DNA from: Eledone cirrhosa
Taxonomy: Eukaryota
DNA: 64,000 nucleotides
Reading direction: 5' to 3'
Assembly (NCBI GenBank): GCA_964016885.1
Contig: OZ024743.1
Coordinates: 326,368,001-326,432,000 of the forward strand
This document shows, piece after piece, positions 13,459 to 26,800 of this stretch (its first letter is position 1; every line of letters begins with the position of its first letter). Below the pieces are notes generated by a model. That model had not been told where the DNA came from, searched no databases, and saw nothing but the letters and a program-made list of their open reading frames with translations. The translations under genes and the position numbers were made by a program.

Positions 13459-13559
13459 GTTTTACAATCGTTTCAGAGATTTGATTGATCGTGGTAGTGG
13501 TTACGTCGCCTCCTGTTTCTAGTCTCGAAATCCCTGATCGATCGACCTTCTTCAGAAAC
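13459..13559 (-). ncRNA. Type I hammerhead ribozyme motif with a partly degenerate stem II
   Basis: GTTT-CTGAAGA-[long stem II including GATCGATC/GATCAATC]-GAAA-CGATTG-TA-AAAC. Confidence 0.55.
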
Positions 13560-14261
13560 CTAAATTATACGTACATAGTTTTTCAAGTCGCTCAAAACAA
13601 TTGATCTTTCCTCCCCATCCCTCAATGTCCTTGATGTAAATTATACCTTATCAATACCTGTGACACTCCACACCCTAACTACTTCCAGCAAATTACAAAA
13701 TATGGATGAATGAATTAGTTAACATAAGCTTTTCTTTTATATCATACCCTTCAGTAAATGCCATAGTTCTCTGTCTATTAATTCCACCGTAGATGCTCGC
13801 TCTGATTGACCGACAAGACCCCAGACATCATTCGCTTGCTGAGTGGGGTGGATCTCGTGAAATCGGACCAAGGAAATAATGTTTCCATTGCTGATACTAT
13901 CTACTGGTCGCAACTCCTGGCAGAAGGAGCAACGTGAGATAAAGTGAAGGACACAACCGCATCACCCGGTCCGAGAATTTAACTCGCAATCTCACGAATG
14001 CGAGTTCAACTTTCTAACCACTAAGCCATGCAGATGCAGCATGTCGATTATTCAAGAAGTTCGCTTCGCAATCATTAGGTCCCGAGTTTAATCTCACTGC
14101 GTGGCATCTTGGGTCAGTGCATTTGCCTTGTCATAACCTAGTGTCGACCCATACTTTATGAATGAAATCGGGTAGACAGAAAGTGTTAAGACGCTTGTCA
14201 GATGGATTGTACCTGTAATTCAAAGGGCCAACTTTGTCACGATGAATCTCTCTGAGAATTA

Positions 14262-14593
14262 CTCTCGGGTCCCGCATATTTGCCCCCACCCTCATTCTTA
14301 TTCCACGACCCCACCCCGCTTATTAAATTTTGCTAATCTATCTCCGGCGAATTTGATTTAAGTGGTAGCATTCCTTTTGACAATTAATTTTCTTCATATA
14401 ATACATTAAAACATTGTACATGACAAAAAAGTACATTACCTAGAAATCCCATATTCTATAAAATAAATAGGATGGGTTGGGGCTCTCAATATGTAAACTA
14501 AACGACTAATTCTGGTTTTTTAAGAAATCAACGGGAGCGATTTTCCACCCCCACTTATTCCCCCTATCCCCGCTATTATTTGGGTCTCGAGAA
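14262..14593. mobile_element. ~330-bp MITE (Tc1/mariner-type TA target) inserted in a SINE; a related terminal sequence lies at ~9231
   Basis: Imperfect TIRs CTCTCGGGTCCC / GGGTCTCGAGAA with TA on both sides. The SINE consensus GAGAATTA|CGTTAAAGGTACACGTGTC resumes after the insert. Confidence 0.65.
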
Positions 14594-14954
14594 TACATTT
14601 AGTATACATGTGTCTACGGACTGCTCACCTAACTGCATGTTAGAGCAGGTAGTTTTGTTAATCGAATCAACTGGAACACTCATTGACGAAACGGACTGAC
14701 GTCCAATCCAGTAATTTCGTGCTCTTCATATATTTTCACTTTATTTGGTTCAACACTGATAGCACAAGGATTTGTTCTTCGTCACCTGCTTATTAACGTG
14801 TCATACTGTCATTGACAGAAGATGATGATGTAATTCTCACAATCGAAACTCTGGTCTCCTTTCTGTGACCACATTCTTATGAAATATACTAAAATTAACT
14901 TAATTAACAAAGAATTTGGAGAGATTTATGAAAAATTATGAATTATTTCATTGT

Positions 14955-15400
14955 AGATTGACAAAATTGTTAGAGCATCGGACAAAAATGCTTTGCAGCA
15001 TTTAGTTACGGACGTTTACATTCTGAGTTCAAATCCCACCAAGGTCAACTTACTCTTTCATCCTTCTCGGGTTGATAAAATAAAGTACCAATTAAGTACT
15101 GGGTCGACATAATCGGCTTTCCCCTTCTTCCAAATTGCTGGCCTTGTGCCAATGTCAGAAAGAACTATTGCTATGGTGTTTAGGTTAGTGGATTGGCAGA
15201 TTTGTTACAGTGTTGGACAAATGCTTGGCAGTTTTTGTCACAGCTCTTTACGTTCTGTGTTAAAATCCCGCCGCGATGAACTTTGCTTTTCCTCTTACCG
15301 GGGGCCGATAAAATAAAGCACCAGTTAAGTATTGGAGTCGGTATATCGACTTTCGCCCTCTCCTAAATTGATGGTTTTGTGCTAATTACGAGAAAGAATT
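14955..15400 (+). mobile_element. Two tandem tRNA-derived SINEs, family 2. Other copies at about 300-440(-), 7975-8135(-), 10110-10240, 11085-11240(-), 11330-11445, 13215-13320(-), 40705-40890, 41905-42040, 50010-50200(-) and 53040-53230(-)
   Basis: Recurrent TTCTGAGTTCAAATCC..CGAGGTCAACTTTGCCTTTCATCC...GGGGTCGATAAAATAAAGTACCAG core with a B-box. Confidence 0.8.
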
Positions 15401-15514
15401 ATTAAGATAGTATTTGTAACATAACTTAACAAAAGGCTCCTATATAAAATTATACTGTCAGATTTAAATAGGTACCCTTTAAGATGTCAGCGTTTGTTTC
15501 ATAGAACCAGAAGT

Positions 15515-18500
15515 GACACACACAATTTAGCCACCACCACCACTGACTGACACACACATTTAGCCACCACCACCACTGACTGACACACACATTTAGCCAC
15601 CACCACCACTGACTGACACACACATTTAGCCACCACCACCACTGACTGACACACACATTTAGCCACCACCAACACCACCACCACTGACTGACACACACAT
15701 TTAGCCACCACCACCACTGACTGACACACACATTTAGCCACCACCACCACTGACTGACACACACATTTAGCCACACCACCACTGACTGACACACACATTC
15801 AGCCACCACCACCACTGACTGACACACACATTTAGCCACCACCACCACCACTGACTGACACACACATTTAGCCACCACCACCACTGACTGACACACACAT
15901 TTAGCCACCACCAACACCACCACCACTGACTGACACACACATTTAGCCACCACCAACACCACCACCACTGACTGACACACACATTCAGCCACCACCACCA
16001 CTGACTGACACACACATTTAGCCACCACCAACACCACCACCACTGACTGACACACACATTTAGCCACCACCAACACCACCACCACTGACTGACACAAACA
16101 TTTAGCCACCACCACCACTGACTGACACACACATTTAGCCACCACCACCACTGATTGACACACACATTTAGCCACCACCAACACCACCACCACTGACTGA
16201 CACAAACATTTAGCCACCACCACCACTGACTGACCACACACATTTAGCCACCACCAACACCACCACCACTGACTGACACACACATTTAGCCACCACCACC
16301 ACTGACTGACACACACATTTCGCCACCACCACCACTGACTGACACACACATTTAGCCACCACCAACACCACCACCACTGACTGACACACACATTTAGCCA
16401 CCACCACCACTGACTGACACACACATTTAGCCACCACCACCACTGACTGACACACACATTTAGCCACCACCAACACCACCACCACTGACTGACACACACA
16501 TTTAGCCACCACCACCACTGACTGACACACACATTTAGCCACCACCAACACCACCACCACTGACTGACACACACATTTAGCCACCACCACCACTGACTGA
16601 CACACACATTTAGCCACCACCACCACTGACTGACACACACATTTAGCCACCACCAACACCACCACCACTGACTGACACAAACATTTAGCCACCACCACCA
16701 CTGACTGACACACACATTTAGCCACCACCACCACTGACTGACACACACATTTAGCCACCACCAACACCACCACCACTGACTGACACACACATTTAGCACC
16801 ACCACCACTGACTGACACACACATTTAGCCACCACCACCACTGACTGACACACACATTTAGCCACCACCAACACCACCACCACTGACTGACACACACATT
16901 TAGCCACCACCACCACTTGACTGACACACACATTTAGCCACCACCACCACTGACTGACACAAACATTTAGCCACCACCACCACTGACTGACACACACATT
17001 TAGCCACCACCACCACTGACTGACACACACATTTAGCCACCACCACCACTGACTGACACAAACATTTAGCCACCACCACCACTGACTGACACACACATTT
17101 AGCCACCACCACCACTGACTGACACACACATTTAGCCACCACCAACACCGCCACCACTGACTGACACACACATTTAGCCACCACCACCACTGACTGACAC
17201 ACACATTTAGCCACCACCACCACTGACTGACACACACATTTAGCCACCACCAACACCACCACCACTGACTGACACACACATTTAGCCACCACCACCACTG
17301 ACTGACACAAACATTTAGCCACCACCACCACTGACTGACACACACATTTAGCCACCCACCACCACTGACTGACACACACATTTAGCCACCACCAACACCA
17401 CCACCACTGACTGACACACACATTTAGCCACCACCCACCACTGACTGACACAAACATTTAGCCACCACCACCACCTGACTGACACACACATTTAGCCACC
17501 ACCACCACTGACTGACACACACAATTTAGCCACCACCAACACCACCACCACTGACTGGACACACACATTTAGCCACACCACCACCACTGACTGACACACA
17601 CATTTAGCCACCACCACCACTGACTGACACACACATTTAGCCACACCAACACCACCACCACTGACTGACACACACATTTAGCCACCACCACCACTGACTG
17701 ACACACACATTTAGCCACCACCACCACTGACTGACACACACATTTAGCCACCACCACCACTGACTGACACACACATTTAGCCACCACCACCACTGACTGA
17801 CACACACATTTAGCCACCACCAACACCACCACCACTGACTGACACACACATTTAGCCACCACCACCACTGACTGACACACACATTTAGCCACCACCAACA
17901 CCACCACCACTGACTGACACACACATTTAGCCACCACCAACACCACCACCACTGACTGACACACACATTTAGCCACCACCAACACCACCACCACTGACTG
18001 ACACAAACATTTAGCCACCACCACCACTGACTGACACACACATTTAGCCACCACCACCACTGACTGACACACACATTTAGCCACCACCACCACTGACTGA
18101 CACACACATTTAGCCACCACCACCACTGACTGACACACACATTTAGCCACCACCACCACTGACTGACACACACATTTAGCCACCACCAACACCACCACCA
18201 CTGACTGACACACACATTTAGCCACCACCAACACCACCACCACTGACTGACACACACATTTAGCCACCACCACCACTGACTGACACACACATTTAGCCAC
18301 CACCAACACCACCACCACTGACTGACACACACATTTAGCCACCACCACCACTGACTGACACACACATTTAGCCACCACCAACACCACCACCACTGACTGA
18401 CACACACATTTAGCCACCACCACCACTGACTGACACACACATTTAGCCACCACCAACACCACCACCACTGACTGACACACACATTTAGCCACCACCACCA

Positions 18501-21500
18501 CTGACTGACACAAACATTTAGCCACCACCACCACTGACTGACACACACATTTAGCCACCACCAACACCACCACCACTGACTGACACACACATTTAGCCAC
18601 CACCACCACTGACTGACACAAACATTTAGCCACCACCACCACTGACTGACACACACATTTAGCCACCACCACCACTGACTGACACACACATTTAGCCACC
18701 ACCGCCACTGACTGACACACACATTTAGCCACCACCACCACTGACTGACACACACATTTAGCCACCACCACCACTGACTGACACACACATTTAGCCACCA
18801 CCACCACTGACTGACACACACATTTAGCCACCACCACCACTGACTGACACACACATTTAGCCACCACCAACACCACCACCACTGACTGACACACACATTT
18901 AGCCACCACCAACACCACCACCACTGACTGACACACACATTTAGCCACCACCAACACCACCACCACTGACTGACACACACATTTAGCCACCACCACCACT
19001 GACTGACACAAACATTTAGCCACCACCACCACTGACTGACACACACATTTAGCCACACCAACACCACCACCACTGACTGACACACACATTTAGCCACCAC
19101 CACCACTGACTGACACAAACATTTAGCCACCACCACCACTGACTGACACACACATTTAGCCACCACCACCACTGACTGACACACACATTTAGCCACCACC
19201 ACCACTGACTGACACACACATTTAGCCACCACCACCACTGACTGACACACACATTTAGCCACCACCAACACCACCACCACTGACTGACACACACATTTAG
19301 CCACCACCAACACCACCACCACTGACTGACACACACATTTAGCCACCACCAACACCACCACCACTGACTGACACACACATTTAGCCACCACCACCACTGA
19401 CTGACACACACATTTAGCCACCACCACCACTGACTGACACACACATTTAGCCACCACCAACACCACCACCACTGACTGACACACACATTTAGCCACCACC
19501 ACCACTGACTGACACACACATTTAGCCACCACCAACACCACCACCACTGACTGACACACACATTTAGCCACCACCACCACTGACTGACACACACATTTAG
19601 CCACCACCACCACTGACTGACACACACATTTAGCCACCACCACCACTGACTGACACACACATTTAGCCACCACCACCACTGACTGACACACACATTTAGC
19701 CACCACCAACACCACCACCACTGACTGACACACACATTTACCCACCACCACCACTGACTGACACACACATTTAGCCACCACCACCACTGACTGACACACA
19801 CATTTAGCCACCACCAACACCACCACCACTGACTGACACACACATTTAGCCACCACCAACACCACCACCACTGACTGACACACACATTTAGCCACCACCA
19901 CCACTGACTGACACACACATTTAGCCACCACCAACACCACCACCACTGACTGACACAAACATTTAGCCACCACCACCACTGACTGACACACACATTTAGC
20001 CACCACCAACACCACCACCACTGACTGACACACACATTTAGCCACCACCAACACCACCACCACTGACTGACACACACATTTAGCCACCACCACCACTGAC
20101 TGACACACACATTTAGCCACCACCACCACTGACCGACACACACATTTAGCCACCACCAACACCACCACCACTGACTGACACACACATTTAGCCACCACCA
20201 ACACCACCACCACTGACTGACACACACATTTAGCCACCACCACCACTGACTGACACACACATTTACCCACCACCACCACTGACTGACACACACATTTAGC
20301 CACCACCACCACTGACTGACACACACATTTAGCCACCACCAACACCACCACCACTGACTGACACACACATTTAGCCACCACCACCACTGACTGACACACA
20401 CATTTAGCCACCACCAACACCACCACCACTGACTGACACACACATTTAGCCACCACCAACACCACCACCACTGACTGACACACACATTTAGCCACCACCA
20501 ACACCACCACCACTGACTGACACAAACATTTAGCCACCACCACCACTGACTGACACACACATTTAGCCACCACCAACACCACCACCACTGACTGACACAC
20601 ACATTTAGCCACCACCAACACCACCACCACTGACTGACACACACATTTAGCCACCACCACCACTACTGACTGACACACACATTTAGCCACCACCACCACT
20701 GACTGACACACACATTTAGCCACCACCACCACTGACTGACACAAACATTTAGCCACCACCACCACTGACTGACACACACATTTCGCCACCACCACCACTG
20801 ACTGACACACACATTTAGCCACCACCACCACTGACTGACACACACATTTAGCCACCACCACCACTGACTGACACACACATTTAGCCACCACCACCACTGA
20901 CTGACACACACATTTAGCCACCACCAACACCACCACCACTGACTGACACACACATTTAGCCACCACCACCACTGACTGACACACACATTTAGCCACCACC
21001 ACCACTGACTGACACACACATTTAGCCACCACCAACACCACCACCACTGACTGACACACACATTTAGCCACCACCACCACTGACTGACACACACATTTAG
21101 CCACCACCAACACCACCACCACTGACTGACACACACATTTAGCCACCACCACCACTGACTGACACACACATTTAGCCACCACCAACACCACCACCACTGA
21201 CTGACACACACATTTAGCCACCACCAACACCACCACCACTGACTGACACACACATTTAGCCACCACCACCACTGACTGACACACACATTTAGCCACCACC
21301 AACACCACCACCACTGACTGACACACACATTTAGCCACCACCAACACCACCACCACTGACTGACACACACATTTAGCCACCACCAACACCACCACCACTG
21401 ACTGACACACACATTTAGCCACCACCACCACTGACTGACACACACATTTAGCCACCACCACCACTGACTGACACACACATTTAGCCACCACCAACACCAC

Positions 21501-23642
21501 CACCACTGACTGACACACACATTTAGCCACCACCACCACTGACTGACACACACATTTAGCCACCACCAACACCACCACCACTGACTGACACACACATTTA
21601 GCCACCACCACCACTGACTGACACACACATTTAGCCACCACCAACACCACCACCACTGACTGACACACACATTTAGCCACCACCACCACTGACTGACACA
21701 CACATTTAGCCACCACCAACACCACCACCACTGACTGACACACACATTTAGCCACCACCAACACCACCACCACTGACTGACACACACATTTAGCCACCAC
21801 CACCACTGACTGACACACACATTTAGCCACCACCACCACTGACTGACACACACATTTAGCCACCACCACCACTGACTGACACACACATTTAGCCACCACC
21901 ACCACTGACTGACACACACATTTAGCCACCACCACCACTGACTGACACACACATTTAGCCACCACCAACACCACCACCACTGACTGACACACACATTTAG
22001 CCACCACCACCACTGACTGACACACACATTTAGCCACCACCACCACTGACTGACACACACATTTAGCCACCACCACCACTGACTGACACACACATTTAGC
22101 CACCACCAACACCACCACCACTGACTGACACACACATTTAGCCACCACCACCACTGACTGACACACACATTTAGCCACCACCAACACCACCACCACTGAC
22201 TGACACACACATTTAGCCACCACCACCACCACTGACTGACACACACATTTAGCCACCACCACCACTGACTGACACACACATTTAGCCACCACCACCACTG
22301 ACTGACACACACATTTAGCCACCACCACCACTGACTGACACACACATTTAGCCACCACCAACACCACCACCACTGACTGACACACACATTTAGCCACCAC
22401 CACCACTGACTGACACACACATTTAGCCACCACCAACACCACCACCACTGACTGACACACACATTTAGCCAACCACCACCACTGACTGACACACACATTT
22501 AGCCACCACCACCACTGACTGACACACACATTTAGCCACCACCACCACTGACTGACACACACATTTAGCCACCACCACCACTGACTGACACACACATTTA
22601 GCCACCACCAACACCACCACCACTGACTGACACACACATTTAGCCACCACCACCACTGACTGACACACAACATTTAGCCACCACCACCACTGACTGACAC
22701 ACACATTTAGCCACCACCACCACTGACTGACACACACATTTAGCCACCACCACCACTGACTGACACACACATTTAGCCACCACCACCACTGACTGACACA
22801 CACATTTAGCCACCACCACCACTGACTGACACACACATTTAGCCACCACCACCACTGACTGACACACACATTTAGCCACCACCACCACTGACTGACACAC
22901 ACATTTAGCCACCAGCCACACACCACCCCACCACTGACTGACACACACATTTAGCCACCACCACCACTGACTGACACACACATTTAGCCACCACCACCAC
23001 TGACTGACACACACATTTAGCCACCACCAACACCACCACCACTGACTGACACACACATTTAGCCACCACCACCACTGACTGACACACACATTTAGCCAAC
23101 CACCACCACTGACTGACACACACATTTAGCCACCACCACCACTGACTGACACACACATTTAGCCACCACCAACACCACCACCACTGACTGACACACACAT
23201 TTAGCCACCACCACCACTGACTGACACACACATTTAGCCACCACCACCACTGACTGACACACACATTTAGCCACCACCACCACTGACTGACACACACATT
23301 TAGCCACCACCAACACCACCACCACTGACTGACACACACATTTAGCCACCACCAACACCACCACCACTGACTGACACACACATTTAGCCACCACCACCAC
23401 TGACTGACACACACATTTAGCCACCACCACCACTGACTGACACACACATTTAGCCACCACCACCACTGACTGACACACACATTTAGCCACCACCACCACT
23501 GACTGACACACACATTTAGCCACCACCAACACCACCACCACTGACTGACACACACATTTAGCCACCATCAACACCACCACCACTGACTGACACACACATT
23601 TAGCCACCACCAACACCACCACCACTGACTGACACACACATT
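15515..23642. repeat. Minisatellite/satellite with a 33-bp unit TTTAGCCACCACCACCACTGACTGACACACACA interspersed with a 42-bp variant (+ACACCACCA)
   Basis: Directly visible ~8.1-kb tandem array that runs into the gap; it produces the spurious AKCVCQSVVVV and LNVCVSQWWWW ORFs. Confidence 0.97.
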
Positions 23643-23842
23643 NNNNNNNNNNNNNNNNNNNNNNNNNNNNNNNNNNNNNNNNNNNNNNNNNNNNNNNNNN
23701 NNNNNNNNNNNNNNNNNNNNNNNNNNNNNNNNNNNNNNNNNNNNNNNNNNNNNNNNNNNNNNNNNNNNNNNNNNNNNNNNNNNNNNNNNNNNNNNNNNNN
23801 NNNNNNNNNNNNNNNNNNNNNNNNNNNNNNNNNNNNNNNNNN
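23643..23842. other. Assembly gap (200 N; true size unknown)
   Basis: Run of N. Confidence 0.99.
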
Positions 23843-26800
23843 GTGGTTGTGGTGTTGGTGATGGTATTAGTGGTGGTTGAGGTGTTGGTGATGGTAGTGA
23901 TGGTGGTTGTGGTGTTGGTGATGGTAGAGGTGGTGGTTGTGGTGTTGGTGATGGTAGTGGTGGTGGTTGTGGTGTTGGTGGTGGTAGTGGTGGTGGTTGT
24001 GGTGTTGGTGAAGGTAGTCGTGGTGGTTGTTGGTGGTGGTGATGGTAGTGATGGTGGTTGTGGTGTTGGTGATGGTAGTGGTGGGGTTGTGGTGTTGGTG
24101 ATGGTAGTGGTGGTGGTTGTGGTGTTGGTAATGGTAGTGGTGGTGGTTGTGGTGTTGGTGATGGTAGTGGCGGTGGTTGTGGTGTTGTGTTGGTAGTGCT
24201 GGTGGTGGTGGTGTTGGTAGTGACGGTGGTTGTGGTGTTGGTAATGGTAGTGGTGGTGGTTGTGGTGTTGGTAGTGGTGGTGGTTGTGATGGTGGTTGTG
24301 GTGTTGTGAAGGTAGTGGTGGTGGTTGTGGTGTTGGTGATGGTAGTGGCGGTGGTTGTGGTGTTGGTAATGGTAGTGATGGTGGTTGTGGTGTTGGTGAT
24401 GGTAGTGGTGGTGGTTGTGGTGTTGGTGATGGTAGTGGTGGTGGTTGTGGTGGTGGTAGTGGTGGTGGTTGTGGTGTTGGTGATGGTAGTGGTGGTGGTT
24501 GTGGTGTTGGTGATGGTAGTGGTGGTGGTTGTGGTGTTGGTGATGGTAGTGGTGGTGGTTGTGGTGTTGGTGATGGATAGTGGTGGTGGTTGTGGTGTTG
24601 GTGATGGTAGTGGTGGTGGTTGTGGTGTTGGTGATGGTAGTGGTGGTGGTTGTGGGTGGTGGTAGTGGTGGTGGTTGTGGTGTTGGTGATGGTAGTGGTG
24701 GTGGTTGTGGTGTTGGTTATGGTAGTGGTGGTGGTTGTGGTGTTGGTGATGGTAGTGGTGGTGGTTGTGGTGTTGGTGATGGTAGTGGTGGTGGTTGTGG
24801 TGTTGGTGATGGATAGTGGTGGTGGTTGTGGTGTTGGTGATGGTAGTGGTGGTGGTTGTGGTGTTGGTGATGGTAGTGGTGGTGGTTGTGGTGGTGGTAG
24901 TGGTGGTGGTTGTGGTGTTGGTGATGGTAGTGGTGGTGGTTGTGGTGTTGGTTTATGGTAGTGGTGGTGGTTGTGGTGTTGGTGATGGTAGTGGTGGTGG
25001 TTGTGGTGTTGGTGAGGGTAGTGGTGGTGGGTTGTAGTGATGGTGATGGTAGTGGTGGTGGTTGTGGTGTTGGTGATGGTAGTGGTGGTGGTTGTGGTGG
25101 TGGTAGTGGTGGTGGTTTGTGGTGTTGGTGAAGGTAGTCGTGGTGGTTGTGGTGTTGGTGATGGTAGTGGTGGTGGTTGTGGTGTTGGTGATGGTAGGGG
25201 TGGTGGTTGTGGTGGTGGTGATAGTAGAGATCGTGGGTGTGGTGTTGGTGATGGTAGTGGTGGTGGTTGTGGTGTTGGTGATGGAAGTGATGGTGGTTGT
25301 GGTGTTGGTGATGGTAGTGGTGGTGGTTGTGGTGGTGGTAGTGGTGGGTGGTTGTGGTGTTGGTGATGGTAGTGTTGGTGGTGGTAGTAGTGTTGGTGAT
25401 GGTAGTGGTGGTGGTTGTGGTGATGGTAGTGGTGGTGGTTGTAATGTTGGTGATGGTAGTGGTGGTGGTTGTGGTGTTGGTGATGGTAGTGGTGGTGGTT
25501 GTGGTGTTGGTGATGTTAGTGGTGGTGGTTTTGGTGTTGATGATGATAGTGGTGGTGGTTGTGGTGTTGGTGATGGTAGTGTGGTGGTTGTGGTGTTGGT
25601 GATGGTAATGGTGGTGGTTGTGGTGTTGATGATGGTAGTGGTGGTGGTTGTGGTGTTGGTGATGGTAATGGTGGTGGTTGTGGTGTTGGTGATGGTAGTG
25701 GTGGTGGTTGTGGTGTTGGTGATGGTAGTGGCGGTGGTTGTGGTGTTGGTGATGGTAGTGGTGGTGGTTGTGGTGTTGGTGATGGTAGTGGTGGTGGTTG
25801 TGGTGTTGGTGATGGTAGTGGTGGTGGTTGTGGTGTTTATGATAGTAGTGGTGGTGGTTGTGGTGTTGATGATGGTAGTGGTGGTGGTTGTGGTGTTGGT
25901 GATGGTAATGGTGGTGGTTGTGTGTTGGTGATGGTAGTGGTGGTGGTTGTTGGTGTTTATGATAGTAGTGGTGGTGGTTGTGGTGTTGATGATGGTAGTG
26001 GTGGTGGTTGTGGTGTTGATGATGGTAGTGGTGGTGGTTGTGGTGTTGGTGATGATAGTGGTGGTGGTGTTGGTGATGGTAATGGTGGTGGTTGTGGTGT
26101 TGGTGATGGTAGTGGTGGTGGTTGTGGTGTTGGTGATGGTAATGGTGGTGGTTGTGGTGTTGGTGATGGTAGTGGTGGTGGTTGTGGTGATGGTGTTGGT
26201 AGTGGTGGTGGTTATGGTGTTGGTGATGGTAGTGGTGGTGGTTGTGGTGGTGGTAGTCGTGGTGGTTGTGGTGTTGGTGATGGTAGTGGTGGTGGTTGTG
26301 GTGTTGTAATGGTAGTGGTGGTGGTTGTGGTGTTGGTGATGGTAGTGATGGTGGTTGTGGTGTTTATGATAGTAGTGGTGGTGGTTGTGGTGTTGGTGAT
26401 GGTAGTGGTGGTGGTTTGTGGTGTTTATGATAGTAGTGGTGGTGGTTGTGGTGTTGGTGATGGTAGTGGTGGTGGTTGTGGTGTTTATGATAGTAGTGGT
26501 GGTGGTTGTGGTGTTGGTGATGGTAGTGGTGGTGGTTGTGGTGTTGGTAATGGTAGTGGTGGTGGTTGTGGTGTTGGTGATGGTAGTGATGGTGGTTGTG
26601 GTGTTGGTGAAGGTAGTCGTGGTGGTTGTGGTGTTTATGATAGTAGTGGTAGTGGTTGTGGTGTTGGTGATGGTAGTGGCGGGTGGTTGTGGTGTTGGTG
26701 ATGGTAGTGGCGGGTGGTTGTGGTGTTGGTGATGGTAGTAGTGGTGGTTGTGGTGTTGGTGATGGTAGTGATGGTGGTTGTGGTGTTGGTGATGGTAGTG

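Noticed and set aside
13745-13920. Minus-strand reading ...DRELWHLLK near a GT as the missing chitinase exon
   Set aside because: No DxxDxDxE or other GH18 motif, and the donor phase does not fit the next exon.
15450-23637. Very long ORFs (up to 1678 aa) of AKCVCQSVVVV and LNVCVSQWWWW repeats
   Set aside because: Stop-free frames of a 33/42-bp satellite, with no synonymous variation and frequent frame switching.
15515-23642. CRISPR-like or telomere-like array (TTTAG motif, regular spacing)
   Set aside because: No unique spacers, no cas genes and a eukaryotic context; the unit is not TTAGGG.
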